64,000 bases of DNA from positions 138,178 through 202,177 of the forward strand of contig JAANOX010000026.1 in assembly GCA_020184695.1 (NCBI GenBank). The letters run 5' to 3'. A program made the position numbers and the translations under genes. The notes below the pieces were generated by a model. It made no database searches. It was not told the DNA's origin and saw only the letters and a program-made list of their open reading frames with translations. The stretch comes from Histomonas meleagridis 2922-C6/04-290x. Its lineage: Eukaryota > Protista > Parabasalia. Below, in pieces: positions 22,785 to 33,712 of this stretch. The number at the start of each line of letters is the position of its first letter. Within the stretch, counting starts at the first letter, position 1.

Positions 22785-25430
22785 TTATTTATGACCATTT
22801 TCTGATACATGTACAAGTACTATTTTAAATAATTTATATAATTTCCAAATATTATTTTGAGATTTAAAACTATTAAAATAAATTTCATATAAAAGAAAGA
22901 ATTATTTTTAGCATTAATATCAATTCCTTCTTGTTCAAGAAGTAATTTAACGATTTCTGTATGATCATTTTCAGATGCTAAAATAAGTGCTGTATCAAAT
23001 AATTTAAACGATTTCCAAATATATTTTTAAAACATTGAATTATTGTTATAAATTTTTAATAAAATGAACAAATATCTTTCGCATTAATATCAATTCCTTT
23101 TTGTGCAAGAAGTAATTTAACTATTTCTATATGACCTTTTTCAGCTGCACACATAAGTGCTGTATAAAATAATTTAAATAATTTCCAAATATTATTTAAA
23201 TACATAAAATTATTGAAGCAAATTTCAAATAAAAGAAAGAATTTTTTTTAGCATTAATATCAATTCCTTCTTGTTCCAAAAGTAACTTAACAATTTCTGT
23301 ATGTCCATTTTCAGATGCCCAAATAAGTGCTGTTTGAAATAATTTGAATAATTACCAAATGTTTTATTAAAAAATATAATTATTAAGATATGCATTAAAT
23401 AAAACATACAAATATTTTGAATATTAACATCAATACTGTTTTGTTCGAGAAGTAATTTAACCATTTCATTGTCACCATTTTGGGATGCAATCATTAGCAA
23501 TGTCCAAAATTTTTGGTATAATTTCCAAATATTATTTTGAATTTTCAAATCATTAAAAAAAGCATTAAATTAAACATATTAATTGATTTAGTATTAATAT
23601 CAATTCCGTTTTGTTTAAGGAGGATTTTAATTATATTTATTTGTTTTTGATTATAAGCCAAGAAAAGTGCTGTTCGGAATACATTAAATAATTTCCAAAT
23701 ATTATTTTGAAATATAAAATAATTAAAAAAAATTTGAAATAAAACTAAAAAATATCTTTAACATTGATATCAATTCCATCTTTTTCGAGTAATATTTTAA
23801 CAATTTCTATGAATCCTTTTTCAGCTGAATTCATAAGCGCCGTTTTAAATTATTTAAATAAAATTCATATATTATATTGATATTTCAAATTATCAAATTC
23901 ATCATAAAAATTAACAAATGACATTTACTTTTAGTATTTATATCAATTCCTTTTTGTTCAAGAAGTAATTTAACTATTTCTGTATTACCATTTTCAGATG
24001 CCCAAATAAGTGCTGTTTTATATTATTGAAATGGACTCCTAATTTTATTTTAAAATACAAAATAATTAATATAAATAACATCTAAAACAAATAAAAATCA
24101 ATAGCATTTATATCAATTCCTTTTTGTTCAAGAAGTAATTTAACGATTTCTATATTTCTTATTTTAGATGCATAAATAATTGCTGTATCAAATAATTAAA
24201 AAGATTTCCATTAGATAATTTCTAATAAAAAAACATTAAAATAAATTTCATATATCATAAATAAATATTTCTCGAATTAATGTCGATTCCTTCTTGATCT
24301 AAAACATATTTAACAAGTTCAATATTTCTTGATTCAATTGAAAAAATTAATATATTTTTAGGAATTTTGTTAATTTCAAGAAAACATTTGACAAGAAATG
24401 TATTTCCATTTATTGCTGCTTCATTAATGATAGAATCATTAATTTTCATTCCTTTTTCGAGCAAATATGATAAAATTTCGTAATTTTGATAATAAATACA
24501 TTTCTTTCCAAAATCGTCTAAATTTTTAAATTCATTAATTTTGGATTCAAAAAGATATTTAAAGATATCATTTTGATGGAATTTAATTGCGGTGTCAAAT
24601 GATTTTTTAAATGATGAATGATTTTGTTCACATAAATGAATAATTTCTTCATTTCCACTTGCAATTGCATATTTACCTGTACCTTCAATGTTTGCTCCAT
24701 TCATAAGTAAATATTTAAAACATTTAACTGATCCGAAAAATGCTGCATAATCAATTAATGTAACATTTTCTTCATCAATAAATGAACATCTTTCATAAAG
24801 TGATGGTTTAATAAATTGATTATAATCAAAATTTGATTGTGATGATATTTCTTGAAGTTTCTCTATTTCATCTTTTCGAATTATCGATGCAATTTCATTG
24901 GGATTAACCCCTTCTTTAATTAACTTCTTATGAAGTGCCCAATCATCTTTTTTAAGTTCTTCTAAGTTTACAATTTTATAATATTTTATATCTTCAGCTG
25001 CTTCATCGCTTATTTCTTCATCTGATTTGTGATGTACAAAATATAAATTCATTTTATTTTCAATTGCGCTTGAGTCAAGTAATTGATGATTAATCAAATT
25101 TTCAATAAGGAAATAAGATTCTTTGGTTTCTTTATTAAGAAGAAATTGTTTGAAAACTTCACTAATTTTAAATTTTTTTTTATTGCTTTCTTCAAATGTT
25201 TCAATTTCATTTAAAAAATGAAAATATAAATCAAATTCTTTAAATGGTCTGTAAAAAGATAAATATATTATTTGACAAATAATTAGATTATAAGAGTATA
25301 AGTAATTATCATTAAATATTTCCAAAATTGAGTGAACTGATTGAGAAACATTGTTATTATTCAGACAATCAACAATTTTATTAATTGAAAGGAGTAAATT
25401 CCATTCACTGTTGCTTTTTAGCTTTTGCAT
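22785..25430 (-). CDS. DUF3447-ankyrin gene, copy C; 9 ankyrin junctions each split by an 83/86-nt spacer
   Basis: Intact 391-aa 5' ORF followed by a 170-nt period of stop-free ankyrin blocks (TAL...EIVKLLLEQ.GIDINAK) and spacers. Removing 68 nt from each spacer gives one 677-aa ORF. Confidence 0.8.
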
Positions 25431-25607
25431 CTATGGATACAGTACTTCAAAACTATATAAGTAAAGTTCAGAAAATCAAATTTTGCATGATATAAATCTC
25501 ATTGGCACCAAAGAAATATACTAAGAGATTGCACTTAAATTATTTTTAGCATGTTGCAAGCTCTGATTCATCAAATGATATGATTATTTTATTAACATAA
25601 AGTCAAA

Positions 25608-25609
<2 letters not shown>

Positions 25610-25640
<31 letters not shown>
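25610..25640. repeat. Poly(A)31 tract
   Basis: Direct reading. Confidence 0.9.
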
Positions 25641-25644
<4 letters not shown>

Positions 25645-25988
25645 CATTTAATATGATGATATAAATCGGAAAAATTCGAAACACTCATTGGATGTTTATT
25701 ATAAACAATGAAGAATTCTTCATTAGAATTTCTTTTTTTGTATGTGGAGCTGATAGATTATTTTCATTAATTTGATTTATTTTATTATCATAAATTATCC
25801 GATAATATGTCATGCTGATGAAATTAAATCGCTGCTTCATATGATCCTTTAAATGATGAATGAAATTGCTCGCAAAGCTTGATGATCAAGATCATTCCTG
25901 TAATGGAAAATTTACATGAAGATAATGATTATTTATATAAATTAAAATTGAAGTATGATTAAAAAATATAACATATTTAAATAAATAA

Positions 25989-27418
25989 GGTTAGGATGCA
26001 AAACGCCCTCCATTTTGCGGTTTTTGAACGATAGGAAATTTGAAAGGAAAAAAAATGGCAATAAAAAGTCATTTCAAAAAGTGAATAATGGCAAAATATT
26101 CTATTGGGGGGTCTGATACTTCGAAATCATTTTTCTAATAGAAATATTTTAAATTATGATTGATTTATTAAGAAATTTCACCAATTATTGCTTTCCAGCA
26201 TTTTTCAAATGTATTTCCTATATTTCTTCGAAAGCACCATTCATGGATATATGATTTCAGATAATTTTTATCTCTAAATCCATTTTTTATGAGGAATCCT
26301 TTTATTAGATTCCATGTACCTTCTATTTTTTGAGTATTTGCCTCAGTAATTGGATCTACAAAATTTTCTGAGTGATTTACTGTTTTGTGTACACACTATA
26401 ACCTAAATCACTAAGAGTATTATATGACTTCCATTCATCAGACCAAATTTCTGAATTAGGTCTAACTGTTGAACAAATAATTGGAATGAGAACTTCTTTC
26501 GATCTATTTTCGCAAATCTCAGCAACAACTCTCATTGTTTTACTGTCTATTATGCCAAAAACCCAAATTTCTTCTCTTTCCAATGCACTTCCTTTGTTGT
26601 ATTTAGCACCGAAAAAATGACTTTCATTAATTTCGACTATTCCATCATTAAGTAAATTTTGAGCTATATCTTTTCGATATTCTTTTTCTGCAATAGATCG
26701 AAAAGGATGAAACCATGTTATTACTGATTGTTCACATACACCTGTAATTTTAGATGTAGTTCTTATATCAAAACCTTCTACCCAACATGCCGAAATGTGA
26801 ACAAATCTTCTTAATGAAAGTTTTGATTGTGATACCCATGAATCTAATCTGATTGATTTTGAATTTCTGCATTCACTTGAGCAGCATCTATATGCAGCAC
26901 CATCAGGGTAACTTGGTGAGAAATAAACTTTCATTAACGATTGACATTTCGGACATATTTGAATTTGCTGGATATCAGGAATGATTCCCTGCTCAGATAC
27001 CCATTCGATGAAGCTTTTGTCATTTAATTTTAACACTTTCTTAATAATTTCGAATTGCAATTGCATCAATGAAAAAATGATCGACTTTTTAACTACTTTA
27101 CAAACAAAAAATATGAATAAATTTTTATCGATAACCGTTATAATAAATCTTATATATTTTATTTAATAAACTTAAATATTATTGTTATGTCAAATATTTT
27201 GTCTGTCAAAATATATATATTAAGATGAATCAAATGCGAGCACCGTAGGTGCGAGCGGTTTCGATCGTTATCCATTGAAAAACGAAGTTTTCGATGGATA
27301 ACGATCGAAACCGGCCGTCAGGATGGTGGATGGGGTGCCCTAATGTGGCATTTCTATTTTTCCTCAAATTTCCTATCGTCCAAAAACCGCAAAATGGAGG
27401 GCGTTTTGCATTAGAGCC
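25989..27418 (-). mobile_element. Merlin (IS1016/ISXO2-like) DNA transposon, full length, inactive
   Basis: Inverted repeats of ~50+ bp (GG-5nt-ATGCAAAACGCCCTCCATTTTGCGGTTTTTGRACGATAGGAAATTTGA) and a perfect 8-bp TSD ATAAATAA (25981-25988 and 27419-27426). Confidence 0.93.
26168..27069 (-). pseudogene. Merlin/ISXO2 DDE transposase, frameshifted
   Basis: Zn-ribbon CPKC...YRCC, VEINES (canonical VEIDE), IWSDEWKSY. After a frameshift near 26385 it continues HKTVNHSENFVDP...NTQKIEGTW...YIHEWCFRRN. Confidence 0.9.
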
Positions 27419-27925
27419 ATAAATAATATTAAAAATAAATGAATTATTGATCATATGAACAATATCAGATATCATAAGAAAATAAGTTAAACATATTTAA
27501 TTGATCAAATTCGATAAAAATGCATAATAAGATCAAATAAATAGCTATAAACGATGAGAAAACATGCTAAGTAAAAATTAATAAAATTAACGATTGAGTA
27601 TTGATTTTCATATGAATATACAATGTAATATGATGAAAAAATATTTTAACATACATTAGAGATGAAAAATTATGAAGCAATAAGTAAGTTGATGAATGAA
27701 TATCATCGAAAAATTGAATGGCAATTTTTATTAACATTAATTTTAATATTTGACAATCTCAACATCATTTTGTTCATGTGTTGGTACGAAATGGTCTCAT
27801 TTTTATTTACACCACTTTTTGTATAATTTACATGAATATTGGGTGGCCGAAAAAATAATTGTCGCTATACTCATACTTTTCCAACACAATATTTTGACGA
27901 CTGAAATTAATTGAAAAATCCATTA

Positions 27926-29397
27926 TGTCAAAATATTAATATCTCTTCCAATAGTTCATGTCAAATATAAACCATTCAATTAAGCTAAATTCACTCGACG
28001 ATAGATATACGATAGAACTTTTTGAACAGATTCAAAAAGTTCTATCGTATATCTATCGTCGGCCTGTACCAATCACGAGAATTAGTCCGTGGGTTGGTTC
28101 TTCACCAACGGTTATGATCGTCGGATTATAGAATTGTTATTTTGGATATGAATTGGACAACCAAGACGGTTGTGGCCCAACAAGTTCATAACAACCAACA
28201 ACCAAAGCAGTGACAAGACAAATATAGAGTGAGCGTTGATGTTGTTGAATCGATCACTGATCGATCCAACAACATCGACCTCCAAGCTTATACAAACAAG
28301 CTTGGTGAAAGCTCAGTTATACAAACAAAAGTATTAAATTCATATTGTTTATTCGATGTAAACAATATCTGCATCAATTTGCTCATTATAATGTTCCATT
28401 GTATTCCATGCATTTAATGGGGTTAATGGGAAATGGAATTGTTTTTTTAGGCTTGAATGCAGCCATACATTGTTATATTCAGTGATGATTAAATCAATAT
28501 ATGGTATATCAAGAATTCTTCCTGCTGCACGGGCTTTTTCGAGAGTACTCCAGAATCTTTCGATCTTTCCATTCTCTTCTGGTGTGCGCGGATGAGTTCG
28601 AAAGCATTCTATTTTTTTGTCGTCAAGCACATGTTGGAACTCCTCACCAACAAACTCACCTCCATTATCGATTGTGATTGTTTTTGGCTTTTGCGTTTTT
28701 TCCAAAGCATGAATAAGTGCAAGTGCAGATGCAATAGATGTTTTTTCATCTATCACTTCCCAATGCACAACATATCTAGAACAATCATCTATGAATGCAA
28801 TCAGATAATATTGAATATTATTGATTTTGCTCAAGTAATGGATGTCAGTGTGCCAGAGCTGACCAACATACTTTGCATAAAATCTTTTTAGATGCATTTT
28901 TTCTTGTTTTTTCCCACGAAAGCAATATAGATTATTTTTTAAAAAAATTCTTCTTACATTTCGCTCAGTTGTTAATATACCTCTTGTAATTGCTGCTTGT
29001 GTGGTTCTATGAACACCAACATGGAATGAATTTCTATAATTTAAAACGAAATTTATTTATTCATCTGAGATTTGATTCGGTTTCCTTCCACGCTTCATTG
29101 CTCCTTCCATTTTTTGTGCTATCGCCTGAACTCTGCGTCTTCCAACATTGTGTCTTTTGGCGATATCACGCTGACTTAGACCTTCGATAATGTCAGCTTT
29201 GATCAGCTCATCAACATTGACCATTGAGTTTATCATATATTTTGAATGACCGAAGGAGTATGTAAAATATTGATTTTATTATTCTGAATTTTATATGTAT
29301 TTGTATACTTTACGTAAAAGTGCAAATAAAAGTGACATCGGAGTACCGGTCTTAACCTGTTAATAGCGATAACGGCTTTTTATAAAATATTTTGACA
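27926..29397 (-). mobile_element. IS481EU-like DDE/integrase-type DNA transposon
   Basis: 12-bp TIR TGTCAAAATATT at 27926 and inverted ending at 29397 (TGT...ACA ends), around an rve-type transposase. No TSD found, so the boundaries are tentative. Confidence 0.7.
28349..29236 (-). pseudogene. IS481-like transposase (HTH + rve core) with one in-frame stop
   Basis: HTH (LSQRDIAKRHNVGRRRV), TAA at 29057-29059, then WHTD...IDDCSR...TIDNGGEF...PEENGKIERFW, all in one frame. Confidence 0.88.
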
Positions 29398-29861
29398 CAC
29401 TCAACTTTTTGAAGTGATAAACTATTGAAAAAGTGATGTAAATAAAAGTGAGATCGTTCGTACCACGACAACATCATTTTGTTCAACTTCGATTCAATGT
29501 CATTGAATATGATTATTAAATGAATGACTGTTATTTTATTCATTGTTTTCATAGAATAGTTTCATTTATTCAGCAAATGAATTTAAAAATTTCAACAATT
29601 ACTTCCTTAATATTTTGTTTATTTTTTTTGAATCAATTTAAATTATTGAAATATATTATATTAATATTTATTGGCTTAAAACGTCATCAAATGTTTTAAT
29701 TTCTGAAGGTGACTTATTGAAAATGATTCATTTAAAAACTTTCGATGCAAAACGACATTTTAATCTATCGTAAATATTTAGACATTTTTCAATACACGTC
29801 AAAATATCTGTCACTTTTCACTCCACCTTGCTGCGCAAATAAGATTTTGCCAATTTCCAAA

Positions 29862-30488
29862 ATGCAAGGAAATATACCTACACTAAAAGTTGCTTTTATT
29901 GGAGATAGTGGTGTTGGGAAAAGTGCTATTATTACACGTTTTGTCAATGGAGTATTTGCGCAAGCATTACTACCAAACGTAGCAGGAGATCATTACGAAA
30001 AAGTTATGAATGTTGGTGGGCAAATAATAAACATTCAAATATGGGATACTGCTGGACAAGAACAATATAAATCAATAGCACCTTTTTATTACAGGAATGC
30101 ACATGCAATTATAATTGTTTTTGCTGTTGGAAACAGAAAACCGCAAAACTTAATTGCTCGTGATTCACTTAATTCTGTCAGTGATTGGTATGATCAAATT
30201 AGAGAACATAATCGTGATGCAATTGTTGTTTTAGTTGGAAATATGACTGATCTTGAAAATCGTGAAATATCATACGATGAAGGAGAACTCAAAGCACACA
30301 CGCTCCCAGATGTTATTGAGTACTTTGAAACAAGCGCTTTGCAGGGCGATGGAATTGATAATGTATTTCAATTTCTTGCCGAACGATTTTTAGATACTCA
30401 AGTATTCAATCCAGAACCCGAACCAGAACCCGAAACAAAACCGGTTGTAATAACTGAAGCAGATCAAGGTGGTGGATGCTGTTGTTAA
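29862..30488 (+). CDS. Rab-family GTPase (divergent)
   Basis: GDSGVGKS, WDTAGQE, ETSA and C-terminal CCC. Confidence 0.9.
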   Translation: MQGNIPTLKVAFIGDSGVGKSAIITRFVNGVFAQALLPNVAGDHYEKVMNVGGQIINIQIWDTAGQEQYKSIAPFYYRNAHAIIIVFAVGNRKPQNLIARDSLNSVSDWYDQIREHNRDAIVVLVGNMTDLENREISYDEGELKAHTLPDVIEYFETSALQGDGIDNVFQFLAERFLDTQVFNPEPEPEPETKPVVITEADQGGGCCC

Positions 30489-30574
30489 AGTAAAACAAAA
30501 TAAACCATTCAACTTGCATAATTCAATACTTTATTATATAAAATGGCATTTTTTTCAATTGACAAAACTGTTTA

Positions 30575-31171
30575 ATGAACGTCGTAGATACTACAATTAA
30601 AATTGCTATAATAGGAAATTCTGGTGTTGGAAAGACTGCAATTGCAACACGATATGTCAATGGTTCTTTCTATAAAAATCTGCCCAATGTAGGTGTTGAT
30701 ACATTTCAAAAACAAATCACTTGTCATGGGGAAACAGTCAAGTTGGTGATTTGGGATACAGCAGGGCAAGAAAAATTTAGGTCAATGATGCCACTTTATT
30801 ATCATAATGCAAATGTAATAATTATCGTTTATGCTGTTGGAAACCATAACCCCAAAATTCCTATCAGCTTAGATTCATTTAATAGTGTTGATGAATGGTA
30901 TGACCAAATTAAGAATAATAACTCTCAAGCAATTACTGTTTTATGTGGAAATATGTGTGACTTAGAAGATCGCGATATACCAAATGAAAAAGGAAATGAT
31001 AAAGCAGAGGAAATTGAAGCACAGTATTTCGAAACAAGTGCTGCAACTGGCGAAGGAATTGATGAACTATTTGAATCAATCACCCAAATGTATTATAAGC
31101 AATGTCAAGGTCAAAATGAACCCACTATCAAAATTGAAAAAAATAAAAGCAGTGGATCATGGTGCTGTTGA
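30575..31171 (+). CDS. Rab-family GTPase (divergent, tandem paralogue of the previous gene)
   Basis: GNSGVGKT, WDTAGQE, ETSA and C-terminal CC. Confidence 0.9.
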   Translation: MNVVDTTIKIAIIGNSGVGKTAIATRYVNGSFYKNLPNVGVDTFQKQITCHGETVKLVIWDTAGQEKFRSMMPLYYHNANVIIIVYAVGNHNPKIPISLDSFNSVDEWYDQIKNNNSQAITVLCGNMCDLEDRDIPNEKGNDKAEEIEAQYFETSAATGEGIDELFESITQMYYKQCQGQNEPTIKIEKNKSSGSWCC

Positions 31172-31483
31172 TGTTATGATGTTTGAATGATTTAATTAAA
31201 CATATATTTTGTTACTTAATGTATTTTTGTTTATGTGAAAAATTCTCTATAATTTTTATCCTTTTGTTGAATGGATAATTTTTTTTTTATAAATTCACAT
31301 CCAAAAAACTACAACTAGTTAAAATATTATAAACATAGAACTGACATTTATTGATTCGCTGTAATATGCTAAATAATATTTGGAAAATAAAAAATTCAAC
31401 TGAATTAAAAAATATTAAAATGTATTCTAAATTGAGTATATTTCTAATTTTAATCATATGGAAATCTGTTGGTTCCATTTCCA

Positions 31484-33712
31484 TTATTGAAAAAAAAATG
31501 GGATTGTGAATTGGATGCCCATTTTCTTATTCAGTAATTTTGCAATTTCATAATGAGAATTTGAAGATGCCAATTCCAATGCTGTTTGAAATAATTTGAA
31601 TAAACATTAAATTTTTATATGAAAAATTAAAAATTTGGAATTGACCTGAAACAAAATGTATAAACAGTTTTAGCTTGTAAATCTATCCCTTTTTGATTAA
31701 GTAACAGTTTAACAATTTCTATATAACCATATTTTGAAGCATGCATAAGTGCTGTAAAAAATCATTTTTACAAATTTCGAATAATATTTTGAAATCTCAA
31801 ATTATTTAGGTAAATTCTAAATCAAAAAAAGAAAAGTCTTTACAATTAATATCAACATTTCCTTTTTCAATAAGTAATTTTACAATTTCAGGGTACCCTT
31901 TTAATGAAGCATATATCAGCGGTGTTCTAAATAAATTAAATATATTCCAAATTAGATTATAAAACCCAATATTATTAAAATATACATAAAATTATATATA
32001 TTAATACCTTCTTGATTTAGATTTACACCTTCTTGATCAATTAATAATTTAATAATATCAATATGACCTTTTTGAATCGCTTGAGTAAGTACTGTTTGAA
32101 ATATTATTAATAAATTTGAAATAAATTTTTGAAATTTGAAATTAACAAAAATGATCACATTTCTGACTAAGATTTATTCCTTCATGATCAAGAAGCAATT
32201 TAACAATTTCAATGTCACCATGTGTACATGCACAAAAAAGAGGTGTTTTAAAAATTTATAATATACAGAAAATCTTATTTTGAAATATTAAAATTATTAT
32301 ATAATCTTTAATTAAAACAATAAAATATTCTTAATATTAACATCAATGCCTTTTTGTTGAAGAAACACCTTAGCTATTTCAGTATAACCTTTATCAACTG
32401 CCAATAAAAGAGCTGTATTAAACATAAAAATGAAATTCCAAATAGTATTTTTATATTTTAAAAAATTATATAAAATATCATCTCTTAAATTAAGGTTATC
32501 TTTACTTCTTTTAAGAATATAATTAATAAGTTCCAAATTTCCCGATTCGGTAGCATATAATAAAATATCTCTTGGCATTTTATTTTTTTCAAGAAAATGC
32601 CTTACCAAATATAAATTTCCCATTCTAGCTGATTCATTAATAATAGTTTTACCTACATGCATACCTTCTTCTTCCAAAAACGAAAGAACATCATAATTAC
32701 AATATTTACTACAAAATACTCCTAATTTTGCAAGTTTATAAGGTTTTGCATCAACTTGTACTAAAACTCCATCAATAAAATCATACAATGAATAGTTTTC
32801 TAAACTTAATTCTTCTAACTCATTTTCATAAATAAAATGAAATATATCATTTTGATGAAACTTAATTGCAGTTTCAAATGCTCCTTTAAATGATGAATGT
32901 TTTTGTACGCATAAACGTATTATTTCAATATTACCACCAGCTACAGCATATTTTCCAGTATGCGTTAAATCAGCATCATTGATCATTAAATACCGAAAAC
33001 ATTTAATTGATCCAAAAAATGCTGCATAATCAATTAAAGATATATTTTCTTCATTAATGAATGAATATTTCTCATAAAGCGCTGGCTCAATTTTTTGATT
33101 AAAATCAAAATCTGTTTGTGTTGCTTTTTCTTGAAGCTTTTCTATTTCATCATTTCGAATTATTTTAGCTATTTCTGATGGGTTTGTTCCTTCATTAATT
33201 AATATTTTATGAAGGTTCCAATCATCTTTATGAAGTTCATCAATATTATCATTAAATATTTTTACTGATGGATCATTAGAATAACATTTACTTTTTGATC
33301 TTGTATTATAATGCACAAAATATTTCTTGCCAATAGTTTTGGTTATACTGGAGCCTATGAAATTTTGTTTAATCATCTTTTCAATAAAGTAATATGAATC
33401 TTGTGTGTTATTTTTTAAAAGAAGCTGAGAGAAAATATCAATAATTTTAGTAATATTTTTTTTTTTTTCTTCTTCTTTCAATTGCAAAGATTTTAAATAA
33501 CTTAAATATATATCAGCATCTCCATTTCTTGAAATAAATGCAGAATAAATTAATAAACAAATTAAAAGATTGAATGAATAGGGATAATTTTGATCAAATA
33601 AATTTACTGTTTTTTCAACAGAAGATTCAATATTTTCATTGTTTAACATAAATATAATTTGTTTAACTTCAAAGAGTATTTGCATATTATTGTTTTCTTT
33701 TGTTTTCGCCAT
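31484..33712 (-). CDS. DUF3447-ankyrin gene, copy D; 6 spacer-interrupted ankyrin junctions
   Basis: Intact 466-aa 5' ORF. Spacers of 66, 83, 64, 83, 83 and 83 nt lie between stop-free ankyrin blocks (TAL, TPL, TVL, TPL, TAL, TAL). Confidence 0.78.

Noticed and set aside
22994-23416. Canonical GT-AG splicing of the ankyrin spacers using the AG in ACA-GCA (Thr-Ala)
   Set aside because: It works in phase for only about 3 of 21 spacers (GT at spacer position 8). It would delete the signature Thr and give 30-aa repeats. Several junctions (ACG-GCG, ACA-CCT, ACA-TTG) have no AG.
25610-25640. Poly(A) as the tail of a retro-insertion
   Set aside because: No TSD or retroelement/mRNA body could be identified upstream.
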